A stretch of 61,812 nt of DNA, filler included, from Choristocarpus tenellus KU-1152 (lineage: Eukaryota > Protista > Phaeophyceae), in the NCBI GenBank assembly GCA_964200185.2. It is 9 parts of 9 records of this genome, joined end to end, with 100 filler letters (N's around TTAATTAATTAA, not from the genome) between each part and the next. Parts side by side here need not be neighbours in the genome. Positions count along the whole stretch, not along the records: positions 24,387 to 29,255 come from CAXNAD020012719.1; positions 29,356 to 37,609 come from CAXNAD020004931.1; 7 more parts are not named here. One strand, 5' to 3'. The notes below the pieces were generated by a model. It worked only from the letters and a program-made list of their open reading frames with translations. It was not told the DNA's origin and did not search any database. The position numbers and the translations under genes are program-made. Below are positions 25,755 through 37,709 of the stretch, one piece after another. The stretch's first letter is position 1; every line of letters starts with the position of its first letter.

Positions 25755-26759
25755 GAGACACAGGAACACCCTCTCACGAAGGTCACAGTGACCGTGTCCT
25801 CTCAGGATGTCCAGTTTTACAGGGTTATGGTGCGGGTGACTCCACAGCTCAAGGGCCTGCCCTGGCTGATGCATGATTGGTTCTACCTATCTCTTTTGGG
25901 TGGTGTTGCCCTCATTGTGGCTGTTGAGCTTACCCTCTGTGGGTTCTTACATGTATTTTTTTTTGTGAACTTTGACGGAAGTGGACACAGAAGCAGCAAC
26001 GCTGGGGTTGAGAATAGAAGGACCAGGCCTCCTGCACGTGCCCACTCCAGGGCGCCACGGAGTATGGGTGGGCAACCCTCCTTGCAACAGAACAGGCAGG
26101 CAGGAATGTTGGGGGGGGGCGCTGTTAATGTTGATACATCCCAGGAGGAAACCACCAATGCCCCCGAAAGTGGTGACAGCAACAATGGCAGTGACAACTG
26201 GCCCAGGGGCAATAGCAGCGGCTCCCGTAACACTCAAGAAGGGGAGAGTCTGATGGGGGGAGGGGAACCGAGTGCGTTATCCCCTTCATTCTCGAGTGGA
26301 ATGTCCCCTTCACCTTCAGTAGGTATTACTAGGGGATGGATTCAACGTTCTCAGGTAGAGTCCCTTGACAGGCATGGACGCGGAATGGAATGGACGAGTT
26401 TGAGAAGGAGAACAATTCAGTCGCCAGGGGAGAGGAATAATTTGCATGGGGTTGGGGTTGCACTGCCTGGTCTGGGGGGAAATGATGCTTCGTGGAGAAG
26501 AGGTAGTGGTGTGCATATAGAGGAGAGTGGTGGCAGTGCTGTTGGTAGAGGAGGCTATAGGGGAGGTGGAGGCCGGGGCAGGGCCAGGGGTGGCATTAGT
26601 AGTGATGGCGATGATGTGATTGCCAACTTGGATGAGGTCATAGATAATGTTGTCGGGAGGATGTCTCAACAAGAGGATAGCCTTTGGCAGTTGTCTTCAA
26701 GGCCATCTAGGAGTTCGGAGGTTTCTATGCAAGAAGAGGCCAAGGGGGTTGAGCAGTAA
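25755..26759 (+). CDS. Seipin (BSCL2-like), terminal exon
   Basis: After a ttcag acceptor: ETQEHPLTKVTVTVSSQDVQFYRVMVRVTPQLKGLPWLMHDWFYLSLLGG plus a TM helix, resembling the seipin lumenal-domain end 'IQ.Y...LR....GL..L.Y.W'. A long G/S/R-rich tail runs to TAA. Confidence 0.72.
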   Translation, partial: ETQEHPLTKVTVTVSSQDVQFYRVMVRVTPQLKGLPWLMHDWFYLSLLGGVALIVAVELTLCGFLHVFFFVNFDGSGHRSSNAGVENRRTRPPARAHSRAPRSMGGQPSLQQNRQAGMLGGGAVNVDTSQEETTNAPESGDSNNGSDNWPRGNSSGSRNTQEGESLMGGGEPSALSPSFSSGMSPSPSVGITRGWIQRSQVESLDRHGRGMEWTSLRRRTIQSPGERNNLHGVGVALPGLGGNDASWRRGSGVHIEESGGSAVGRGGYRGGGGRGRARGGISSDGDDVIANLDEVIDNVVGRMSQQEDSLWQLSSRPSRSSEVSMQEEAKGVEQ

Positions 26760-27301
26760 TACTTCCAGTCACATTTTTCTGTTGTTGTTTGAGACTAACC
26801 CTAACCCTAACCCTACCTTACATGTGCTCTTCTGCTTGTACAACTATTGTAAGAATTGACCAATCATATGTGAGGCAGATTGCTTCACTCAAATACCTCC
26901 CCTTGCCATTCCCTGTCCTCTACTTAAGTGAGGCATCAGCATGTGCATTTTATGGGGTGGGGTTTGCACAAGATGGCGTTTTAGGATGTCCCCAGCTCGT
27001 TTTCAGTAGTAGCTCAGAGTGCTTGGAGGGTGCTGGTAGAGTTTGGAGAGGAGGGAGACACTTCGTTACCCTTATTAGAAGAAGAGTTCTTCTTATATTT
27101 ATATATTATTCATCCTAATACTAGTAGAGCTCAAAAGAGGGTGGTCAAAATTGAGTATTTCCACTTTGTAGAAGATTGTCTGTTCTCAAGGACTGATTGC
27201 GCACCCCTTGTTGTGCCACAATATGAATATGTGTGTGTGTTTGGAGTAGTTCAACGCTAACCCTAACCCCAATATTGGTGGTATTGTTATGTGATATAAT
27301 T

Positions 27302-27582
27302 GGGTAAAAGTATCTTAGAGGACACGAGTTTTGCCCTGTTTGTTCATTTGGGGTATACCCTTTTGACTTCCCATGGCTTTTTAATGACGCTTTTCTACTC
27401 CAAAATGTTTCGGAGTAGGTAAAATATATACGTTATGAAAAGGTATACCTTATGAAAGGTGTGTCCGAAGCATAGATATCGATACTTCCTAACAAATATG
27501 ATAGCCAAAATTTCATCAAATCACAACATTGGATTTTGGTCCCCAAATGGACGCGGCCCTGCCCTCTAAGATAATTTGACTC
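27302..27582. mobile_element. MITE family A, full-length copy
   Basis: Ends GGGTAAAAGTATCTTAGAGG..CCTCTAAGATAATTTGACTC; flanks AATT/AATA; five further copies in the window. Confidence 0.85.
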
Positions 27583-28745
27583 AATATATATGATGAGCGT
27601 CTGTTGGGATTTCCGGTTTTCAAACGTTCACGTGAAAATGACGTGCTTCCATGCTGAGAGTGTACCAGTACTTTTTTCTTCTGATTCATTGACATGATAA
27701 CATTTAACTGATAACACAATTTGTTTTTTTTATTTAGTAGATTCTTGGAAGCACATCATCGGTGTGATTTTTTCGCCCTCAAGAGTTCGTCACATGATAC
27801 AAGGTACATGGTACATGGCGCACTATTGATGGGGGTGATGTATGGAGCAACACAAGATGGAAGTGAACAGGCGGTGAGTAAGGAAAATGGGAACAGTGGT
27901 TCAAGAGTTCACTGATTTTGAGGACAAATTGGAGATTCCTGTGTACAGTGTATTGTGAGGTTTAGTGGATCAATGTGGTGTATGATGACATTATGAGGTA
28001 TACCTCCAATATCCAGATGTACTGATGGCGGTATGGCTTCGGTACTTTTACCGTGTTGGGCTTCTTTCGCGGGCATCACACCGACTCTATTGCAGTCGTA
28101 CATGTGCGTCCACTTCCCTCGTGACCGACTGGTGGGTATTTTTTTTAATTTGAATGTCGATGCTGTTGACTACATACCTGGTTGTTTTATGTGGTCTGAT
28201 ACTGTCACAGGGTCAGGGTTATCCTCAAGTACATTTTTTTTTTAATGGCTTTTGAAGATCTCACAATCGTCGAGTCTTTTTTTTTTGGAAGTCGACAATA
28301 AACGGAAGCCCGGTTTCGATAGTGCGACACGTACCATTAATTTAATTTATTTTTATTGCAACTGTTGTTTTTCGTGATGTGTTGTAACCTGCCTCCTTCA
28401 CTCCATGAGAACGACCATCTTCACAAGTATTAACATTATTACTGTGACATACTAGATACTCATTATATTGTAATGGTTGTTCCTGACTTATTGAACACAC
28501 ATAATAGAGAGGAAGTTCTATATTTACATATTTGTTTATAGTAGTGTTGTACTGAGAACTAGGCCAAGCACATAGTGAAATATTCTAACCCTAACCCTGT
28601 CTATTCTTGTTGCCATTAGTCATCGCCTACAAAACCTCCTTCTGAGGGGCCTCTCCTTCCTCCTGCTCCTCCTTGAGTATTGCTTGTATCCTCAACTCCA
28701 TCATCTTGAGCTTGGCCTTGGGAGGTGTACGGAGTAGTTTAAAAT

Positions 28746-29233
28746 AACGTTATGTGAATGTTATCTAATAAACAAATAAAATTATGTCAATGTTATCTCA
28801 ATGTTATCTGACAAACAAATAATGCTATGTCAATGTTATATGACAAACAAATAATGTTATCTCAATGTTATCTGACAAACAAATAATATTATCTCAATGT
28901 TATCTGACAAACAAATAATGTTATCTCAATGTTATCTGACAAACAAATAATGTTATCTCAATGTTATCTGACAAACAAATAGTGTTATCTCAATGTTATC
29001 TGACAAACAAATAATGTTATCTCATTGTTATCTGACAAACAAATAGTGTTATCTCAATGTTATCTGACAAACAAATAATTTTATCTCATTGTTATCTGAC
29101 AAACAAATAGAGTGTTATGTCAATGTTATCTGATAAACAAATAATGTTATCTCAATGTTATCTGATAAACAAATAATGTTATCTCAATGTTATCTGATAA
29201 ACAAATAATGTTATCTCAATGTTATCTGACAAA
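28746..29233. repeat. 32-bp minisatellite, about 15 copies (AATGTTATCTC AATGTTATCTG ACAAACAAAT)
   Basis: Head-to-tail units with no unique spacers; ends directly against a TIR at 29234. Confidence 0.95.
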
Positions 29234-29255
29234 GACCCAAAGTATCTGGGGGGGG

Positions 29256-29355
29256 NNNNNNNNNNNNNNNNNNNNNNNNNNNNNNNNNNNNNNNNNNNNT
29301 TAATTAATTAANNNNNNNNNNNNNNNNNNNNNNNNNNNNNNNNNNNNNNNNNNNN
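29256..29355. other. Artificial contig-joining linker
   Basis: Same 100-bp linker. Confidence 0.98.
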
Positions 29356-29642
29356 CCCCCCTCCCCAAGTAGCATCGCAAGGGATCTTGTCAGAACGGGC
29401 TTAATCTGCATGTTGCTCTACGTTCCGAGAAGATAAAGCATCTCGAGAACAAGATCGAAATTTCTCTCTATATATATATATATATTTTAAGCAGGCAGCA
29501 GGTCTGGTGCGTATGTACTTTTATAAGTGTAGTGCAACTAATCACTGTTACATTTTTGTTTTGCCTGTTTGTCCTTTCCCCCTCCCCTGCTGTTCTTGCA
29601 TTGCGCATTGCTGTTGAATGATGTCCTGATCGGCGCCTCTAG

Positions 29643-30333
29643 AGTGTGAAGAACAACACGCAGGTGCTCATCAATGTTCGCAACAATCACAAACTGCTGG
29701 CAAGGATCAAGGCATTTGATCGACATTGCAACATGTCAGTCCTGTACATCCAGAGATTGGTGTTTTTGAATGAGAAATATGCTTGTTTTGTAGTGACTGG
29801 TTGATGTCGGCAGATTTGTTCAGTCTGTGACTCCTCATTATTATTTTTTTCTGCTTGCTCCGGTCCTTCCTGCTGGTCCAGAACCAATTGAGGTGTTCGG
29901 TTTGGGTCAAAGTATCTATGTGTGTGTGTGTGTGTGTGTGGCCGCTGTCCATTTGCTGTCCATTTGGGGCTTATTTTTCCATTTCATGATTTAGGAGTGA
30001 ATTTGGTTGCATGAGTCGGATAATATAAGTGCACTTCTCCTGGTTAGGACCCGAATGAACACCCTGGTGTAGACTCCCCCCCCTCAGATACTTTTGAGTC
30101 TATGTCCATATACCCCACTTAAGTACTGGACCAATTCAAACTCACGGCGGACTTCCTGTTCCCCGGGTACTGTAATTGGCAGGGTACTGACAGACGTGAA
30201 GGAGATGTGGACAGAACAGCCAAAGTTGGGCAAGGGGAGAAAGAAGGCGAAGGCCGTGAACAAAGACCGTTACGTCAGCAAGATGTTCCTCAGGGGAGAC
30301 TCTGTTGTTCTTGTACTGCGCAATCCCACTTGA
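29643..30333 (+). CDS. SNRPD2: Small nuclear ribonucleoprotein Sm D2, 3' partial; exons 29643-29734, 30183-30333
   Basis: [31 protein letters not shown]|[49 protein letters not shown], with a phase-2 GT-AG intron; closely matches SmD2. Confidence 0.97.
29904..30100. mobile_element. MITE family B, full-length, inside the SmD2 intron
   Basis: GGGTCAAAGTATCT..CCCCTCAGATACTTTTGAGTC; homologous to the reverse complement of 36816-37012 and to 48727-48766. Confidence 0.85.
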
Positions 30334-31758
30334 TGCACAACCTACATGATGTAATGACACAAAAATTTTCAGCATTGTCAGGAGTGCCTGGAGCTTTGGA
30401 CACAATACAAAAATATACCCAGGGGGTCTGAAACTGCTATTTAAGCTCGATAAAAAAAATAAATATATATATATATATATGGGTTATGACTCCCGGACAG
30501 GTGGTACTGTTTGCAGAGAGAGAGAAGAGACGAAACAAGGGCATTCATCTATTTTTGTAGTGATGGATAAAACATTCAATGGGTGTTTTATTGTTGTTGG
30601 CCCAGCAGTGGGCAGCCAAAGCATGCTCATCTGCTTGGATAGGACCAGATAGAATCACCATACATATATATCACATACAGTTCAACATTACCAAAGTATA
30701 CTGAGCAGATTCAACTTCGAGCATTGAAAAAAACGATTATATACGTGGTCGCTTCAGTAGTGGTTATTGTGAAGGTGCCATCCAAAAGGAGTGTGAACCT
30801 GCCCTGTTGAAGAACGCCGCCACCCTGCCTGGACTGTTGGTACTGACTGAACCCATATCCAAATTTGTGGTGTGAGGGGGAGGTACCTCGGGTGTATTTG
30901 GCGCCAAAAATGTTGATGTTTTGGTTAATGAAAATGAATCGTGATGGAATAGGCGGCACTTTGGTATGAGCACCCAGCATACTCAGGTAACTCCCGTCTT
31001 AATCTAGATGTTACACATGAAAGACAGTCGAGCAGCCGATGGAATGAACTACATTGGATTCTGATGAGGGACAGTTTTTGACAACATACTAGCTTTTACC
31101 AGTTAGGTCATGTCTCACCTTGCAGGTGTGTGATTAACACGATGTCGGGATAAACAACCAACACAGCCTAACTAGGAAGGCACGATGTGTGTCTTGTAAC
31201 AGAAGCATGTAGAGGGTGCCATTGTTGTCACAAACTAGTGTATGGGTATGCACCTCATGGAAACCAAATAAGCAATTGGGTAAGCAGTGGGGACTCCATC
31301 CACATTTTATTCTTCAAAGGAGAGATGAATCTCTTCCTGCTTCGAACTGTTATGTGCTTGTGCAGATCATCCATGCACGTATACATCATAGCATTGAAAA
31401 ACTGCTGTTGCCCACACATTCAATTACACATCATACATAGACTACTACTCTGATTGTTGGAGCAGTAGTGTTTAGTATCAATATATACTGGCTCAAGTGA
31501 CAAACTATTCTGGTAGAAGTTGGCTATGTCCTGCAAACAGTGACTGCCTTGAAAAGACAGTCGTTGTACAAAATGTCTGATTTGTTTGGCAATGCCTCAT
31601 TCAAATACATCATCCCTTTTGATGACGAAAATATTACTGAAAATTTTCAAACCAAGGGTCATTGGATGCATGTGCATCTTGGCAGCTTCAAAAACATCAC
31701 GACCACGCCCTTCAAAAAATGCTGCAAATTCTAGATGGGGTTCAGATTGGCACAACCT

Positions 31759-33483
31759 TCACTTTGACTCCTTTGCAAAGTCTTGACTGCACTGCATCCA
31801 GCTAGCCCCTGCTCCGCATCCTGCGCTAAATCCCCAAATAGCCTTCCGCATTCCAGGTGCCTCTGTGAGGCATCCATGAACAGACACAGAGCCCAAGGTT
31901 AAGACAGTGTACAGGATGGACTTACGGCATAACAAAACAGCCAGTGTGTACCTGATTATCCATGCATTCCTGAGTCAATGTAATATTTATTGGTGGACTG
32001 GATGGTTAGATAGCTTGCAACTACAGTTGAAGACGGTGAGAGGTTTTGCACTAATTGATGCAAGCAGATAATCTCTGACAGCAGTTGGTTCATCCAGAGC
32101 AACTTTAACTATGCCTCTGATTTTTTTTTTCTATTACACCTTGTTTATAACTCGGTTGACGTTGGAGTGTGTAGGAGTACAGTATGCATGAGTGTATGTG
32201 GAGGTAGACCGTGGAGAATGTGTTTAACTATTTTTTACTGTGCTTTCCCTTGGGGGCAAACCAAAAATTGATCGAAAGAACTGCGGGACGGCTTATTAAA
32301 GTTAATGCAAAGGCATGCTCCACCACAGTGAGTAGAGACATGGCCGACTCACCCTTCAGGTCGCATACCACGAACTAGTCAAGCAAAATAAAGTGTGTAC
32401 TTGTTGGTAATAGTGACAAAAGTGGAGGAGGCCAAAACGCAGGACTCATGAAAACCGTTCAGTCCCCCTCGCATACAATGTTTTTTTCACTGGACTTGGG
32501 GCCTTTAAACAGAGCACAAAAAGCACTAACTCATCGTACAAATATGTGTTTCAGGTGGAAACACTGACACTCAATATGGAACCAATACCTGATTTGTAAA
32601 GAGCACAGGGTATAGTTTAACCCATAGAGCAAAAATGCGAACTGAGTCCACTCAGGTCCATGGCAACATCTGATAGTAGGATCACCTGCTTCCTCTTGCA
32701 CATTTCCCATCTTATTCCTTCCCAGTAAGATACTAAATGACAATTCCTGGGTCGACTTGCAACAAGATCGGCACAACATTAAATTATGGCTGAAGCAGTA
32801 ACCTTACTCTGTGCGCAAGCTCAGTCAAAGTGGTAACTTTCGAGATGAGTGATCAAATGGGATCGTTGGTTTCGACAACGTACTCACTGGTGAGAACCAC
32901 ACCGGTCAAGCCTCCCGCAACCAGACCGATGCCAATGTTGATCAAAGAACGCTCAAGGCACGCGTCCCATTTCTCCGATATGATCATCTCACTAGGCACC
33001 TGCCAGTAACAAAGTAGAACAAAGAAGGGCCGTAGCAGGAAAAAGAGCGCACTAAGAAAGTGTTTCAGAGGCATGACTACTTGCGAACGTTATGGAAAGC
33101 AGACACATCCAGCCTGCCGGAAACAAGCACAATCTGATAATCATCTCCAGCAGGAAAAAGATTCAAATTGACTTGTTAAGCAGTTGAGTTAGGCTCCAGT
33201 TGTATATGTAAACTAGGTAAGGGCTGTTGCTTGCTAACCCTAGTACGAGGTGTTACCCTCCTTATTTGTCACACAAAGAAAGGTATAATTTGCGCTCATT
33301 CTGGTATAACCAACTTTCAAAGACTTTTACGCCAAGGTAAGGAGCCTGGGCTAACCACAAAAACCTCAGTTACTCGAACAGGTGATATCAATCTCCTCCT
33401 TCCAACCGAGATGCCAAATCCTACTGTGGTACAAATGAGCGTCTGTAAAAACAAGTACTTACCTTGGGTTTATCATTAGCCAT
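31759..33483 (-). CDS. MIC10: MICOS subunit Mic10, complete (78 aa); exons 33463-33483, 32888-32999, 31759-31862
   Basis: MANDKPK|VPSEMIISEKWDACLERSLINIGIGLVAGGLTGVVLT|KAPGMRKAIWGFSAGCGAGASWMQCSQDFAKESK*. It has KWD.CL, two glycine-rich TM segments and C..DF; all splice phases are compatible. Confidence 0.92.
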
Positions 33484-33904
33484 AATACTGACTAGATCGA
33501 TGGATCCCCCACCTCAGCCTGCAACAAGGGATGGACACCAAGCGAAACCAGGAGAGGAGGAAAAGACCAAACACAAGGGTTCCTTAGTTGTCACAACTCG
33601 CTTCTTGCAGGAGTAGAGTGCAGTTCATGCAAGTCAATTCCAGCATTGCTCGCATCTACTAACCTTTGCAGCTTGTTCCTGTGTATTCTCCCCTCGCTTC
33701 AACCTCAACCAGATCGTTATGGTAGAGTCAAATAACAGTAGCAGTTGCCAAGGACACTCTAGTATTGTGACAATGTTGTGAAAATTATACCTTCGGCCTT
33801 CGAAGGTGAGAGCCATCCTCATCGCATCCACGTGACAACATACATCAGAGATATCTACTACAAGAGCTCCTAAATCCTCGCTCAGATAGCTGTAGAGCAT
33901 AGCA

Positions 33905-35129
33905 ATGCTTCACTTGATGAGGTTTCTCGAGTTTGGAGCTACCCTTTTGACGCTAGTATGCATCTGTTTCTGTCGAGACACAACAGCATTTGTACATGTA
34001 GGGAGTCTTCATCAGGGAGCGACTTTGGTACCGTGCCGTTTGGCACTAGGTAATTCAAGGGCGCATCCTACTCACTGTGCTCTCCTTCATGTTACCATGG
34101 GTTTAAGAGGGACAATTAGACAAGCCTGGAAATAATGGTATACTATCCATTTGAACCAATAGTTGTGATGGGGATTTGTGATAACCAGGGGCCCCTATTT
34201 TCAACATGCATCAATGTAGGTAACTGGGCAAAAGATACCACGAAGAAGGGATGCATGACAATGAGCTTGTCGGGGAAGGAGAAGAGAGCGCTGCGATCTC
34301 TTGCGGCGCAAAAGAGGAAGGAAGGGTGAGCAAGTAGGAATCGGCATGGGTCGTGTTTGTGTCGGTTACTATGGTTCCTCGCAATTCGTCGCCTATGGAA
34401 GCAAACCACCCTTAAGAACTAAATGCATGTGTTTCGCTGACTAATTTAAACAAATCATCGGGTGCGATAGGTGCCTCCATGTAATGAACCTGGGTCGTAT
34501 GGATCCCCAGGACGGGTTCATGCAGGAACTTGACGTAAGCCTACGGAGTCATGAACTGGTAAGAGGGGATGACTGAAATGCTTTTGGTCCATGTTTTTGT
34601 ACATATTTTAACTATCAAGAGTCACGCTGCGATGACAACAGCTGCCCTGTCACAATTGCACACTTGAACTGGAGAAATGCGAGTGGTAGAACTCGAGTTC
34701 ACAAGCTGGGTCATCTTTCTTTTACTAAATAGGTAAACGTCAGATTGGCTGCAGCCGAGAAGAAAGCTGAAGCAAAAGATCTTGGGGCAACCTTAGCCCA
34801 AATGATGGATGCTGAACTGGTTCAGACGGTGAGTCGATTCATCAGTCGCCAAACCCACAGGCGTAGCTTGTAAATTTGTATCAACGAGTACAGCTTCGAA
34901 GACTGCCGACGCGTTGAACACATCCAAGCTGTTCTCCTATAGAAGAGCAAATCGATAGGTCCCACTGGACTGACTTTCTGTTCAAATTTTCACTTGTTTA
35001 ACCTTCCTTTGTTGTTGCATTTTTCGTATCTTGAAAAAACAGCTGGGACACACTGTGCTCCTCTTCCGGAAGGGCAAGGGTCCCAAGTCTAGAATAGATC
35101 TTAACAAGATGTTAAAACCAGCACAATGA
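33905..35129 (+). CDS. CRM (CRS1/YhbY) domain RNA-binding protein, probably plastid-targeted; exons 33905-34049, 34220-34325, 34471-34558, 34733-34828, 35043-35129
   Basis: Signal peptide ending ..DTTAFV (ASAF-like), then LSGKEKRALRSLA..ELDVSLRSHELVNVRL..ELVQTLGHTVLLFRK, matching YhbY. The exon 2 acceptor is less certain than the others. Confidence 0.88.
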
Positions 35130-36815
35130 GGTAGTACATCAATCGCAAGCAAAACAAAGGAGTTGGTTGTTGCCGGGGCCTTAGTTTACACCGTGACAAG
35201 AGATGCCGTATTCCTCTTCTTGTGTTGGTCACATTGACACTTCATCGAGCATCCCACTGATGTCTGAGGTACATCAATATAGGCACATGTCTTAGTTGTT
35301 GAATATTCTCATCCCTTTCAGCATTTGAAGGGTACTCAAAGGGTAAGATATTACACGCAACTGCTTTCTGTTACGCCCTATATAGAAACACTTACTGGTG
35401 TCAACTGGCATGTAGAGGCTTGCAGTGATTATGATGCTGTGAGGATCAGCACGCCTTGAACAGCTTACTTCATGGTCCCAAAAGAGTACCTTGAATGAGA
35501 TACACAGTTGAAGTAACCTTAGAGTTCGATGTACACCATTACTGATACTTAGCATGGTAGACTAGCTAAGTAAGAAACATGAGGTATCCTGCAGCAGGGT
35601 TCATTGTAAGGCGCTGACCCTCTGACCCTCCCCACATGCTGTCCTCGGCAAAGGCATCCGGTGTTGGCTCTGTTAACCCTGGACTGCCCCCTGCTGGGTA
35701 ATTGATAGGCGTGTCCACAATATCGGAATATCGGGATACTATTGGTACATCATGAAAACACTTTTTTTTCAGCTTGCTTGACAATACTGCAATCCTTCTG
35801 TCATTTGTAGGTAGTGACCAGATACAGCAAAATGAGCATGTTCTCATGTGCCGTGTGGTGGCAGGTCTTGCATAACCAGGTGCGGTGTCCAAGCAGGAAA
35901 TTAGTGAGCTCCTCTCCTCGTGCAGGTCAATCCAGGCTCTGGGTAAATGCACCCCATTCGACACCACCAATGCCATCAATAATAATAGTACTAACAATAG
36001 TACAGTCAGATTTTGCACTGGTGAGCTATTTGCCCCCATCATGCATGGCCTCGGTGTTGATGTGTTTTATCGTGTACACTGGACAGCTACTGTTTGTTTT
36101 TACCCCCTTGGACCCGCAGCATGTTGTGTGTATACTTACATATATGGGTTTCCTGATACATGCAAAGGCGCTAAAGATGACATCTGAGCTCCTCGGTCCT
36201 CATCTCCACAAAAAGCGGCAAGCTGCTTCGATGCGTTTTTTATGTCGCAAATCAGGGCCCATGTGGATGGGGGGTGCTTCCTAATTGTGTTTTGGTGGTA
36301 AAAGTGCATTCTTGGTGAAAGCCTTGCAGTGCTGTGGGATAAGCCTGAGGGACAGGGTTGGAATGGTGGTGAACCACCATAGATCATAAGGCTACCCCCC
36401 CCTATGCCTTCCTGTCTTCACCCATGACAGTGGGGAACCTTAGATTCTTCTAGACATGCTGATGGATGGATTGATTGCTACACGGTGCTCTCAAGCCATA
36501 ACGCCTAACTGTGCAATTTTATCATTAGTGAGTGGTTTGAATATTTACTTTCAGTTATCTGTGTGTGGTGTGTGTATTTTGTAGTCCCACCTCTTTCCTG
36601 CATGAACCACCACATCACCACCCTCAACCCACTGTGAATGTGGTTTCCACTTTGTTGGAACAGGATAGGGAGCCATCTCCTGCTTTTTGAGTTCAGTAGG
36701 CTCTCCATCGGTAGGTGAAACAGGACTGGAGTGGGGGACACCATGCACACACGTGTCTATTTATTGTCAAGTACAATGGGGAAGAATGGCCTCTGTGTAG
36801 TGGAAGACATACACA

Positions 36816-37012
36816 GGCACACAGTATCTGTGTTGAGGGGGGAGGGGGGACTACACCAGGGTGTCCATTCGGGTCCTGATTCAGGTCCTGACCAGGAGAA
36901 GAGCACTTGCATCATTCATCCAACGCATGCAACCAAGTCACCCAAAAATCGCGACATGGAAAAGTGGGCCCCAAATGGACACCCGCCACCCCCCCAAAAG
37001 CAACTTTGAACC
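36816..37012. mobile_element. MITE family B, diverged copy
   Basis: CTACACCAGGGTGTCCATTCGGGTCCT..CCAGGAGAAGAGCACTT..CCCCAAATGGAC matches 29904-30100 in reverse. Confidence 0.8.
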
Positions 37013-37123
37013 TTGATCTGCCCTTCCCTTAGAGTCAGCCCTGAGGGGTTCAGCGCACTCTTCATTGCCCCTAATATGAGCCGAAGCACTTAAGAGGGTA
37101 GGACTGCATCCGCCCGGCGTCAT

Positions 37124-37346
37124 TAATCTGACGTTGCGATTTTGATGTAATTTTGGCTGTCGTCTTTGTCAGCAGGTGCAAATATCCTTATATCCAGACA
37201 CACCTTTTCATGACATAAACATTTTACGTAACTGTGTTCACACAGAAAAAACGAAAAAAAAAAGGGGCATAAAAGCCTGCGGGAAGCCAAGCCCCAAAGG
37301 GACAAACAGAGCTAGACTCCTCCTACCCTCTTACATGCTTTGGGTC
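37124..37346. mobile_element. MITE family A, degenerate
   Basis: GACACACCTTTTCATGAC..GGGAAGCCAAGCCCCAAAGGGACAAACAG..ACCCTCTTACATGCTTTGGGTC. Confidence 0.75.
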
Positions 37347-37609
37347 TAGTATTATATCTCAAAAACTCCATGTCATTTGGGCCATAGGTTGACGTAGTTG
37401 GTTCCATGGTTAAGACCAACCAGTACTACTGGTATGCCTGTTCATGTTGTTATTGAGTGCGTGTTCCTTCGACTTGGCAAGCACCTACCTAAGCACCTGT
37501 GCCCGTTGTGAGGTTTCCAGACATGGCACAAAATGCTCTAGACCCCCCCCCCCACGCCAACTTCATCCTCGCTTCAAGGGGCCCAACGGACACCTCCTTT
37601 TACTTCTCA

Positions 37610-37709
37610 NNNNNNNNNNNNNNNNNNNNNNNNNNNNNNNNNNNNNNNNNNNNTTAATTAATTAANNNNNNNNNNNNNNNNNNNNNNNNNNNNNNNNNNN
37701 NNNNNNNNN
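37610..37709. other. Artificial contig-joining linker
   Basis: Same 100-bp linker. Confidence 0.98.

Noticed and set aside
28746-29233. CRISPR-like 32-bp repeat array
   Set aside because: Units are contiguous with no unique spacers, there are no cas genes, and the context is eukaryotic; it is a minisatellite
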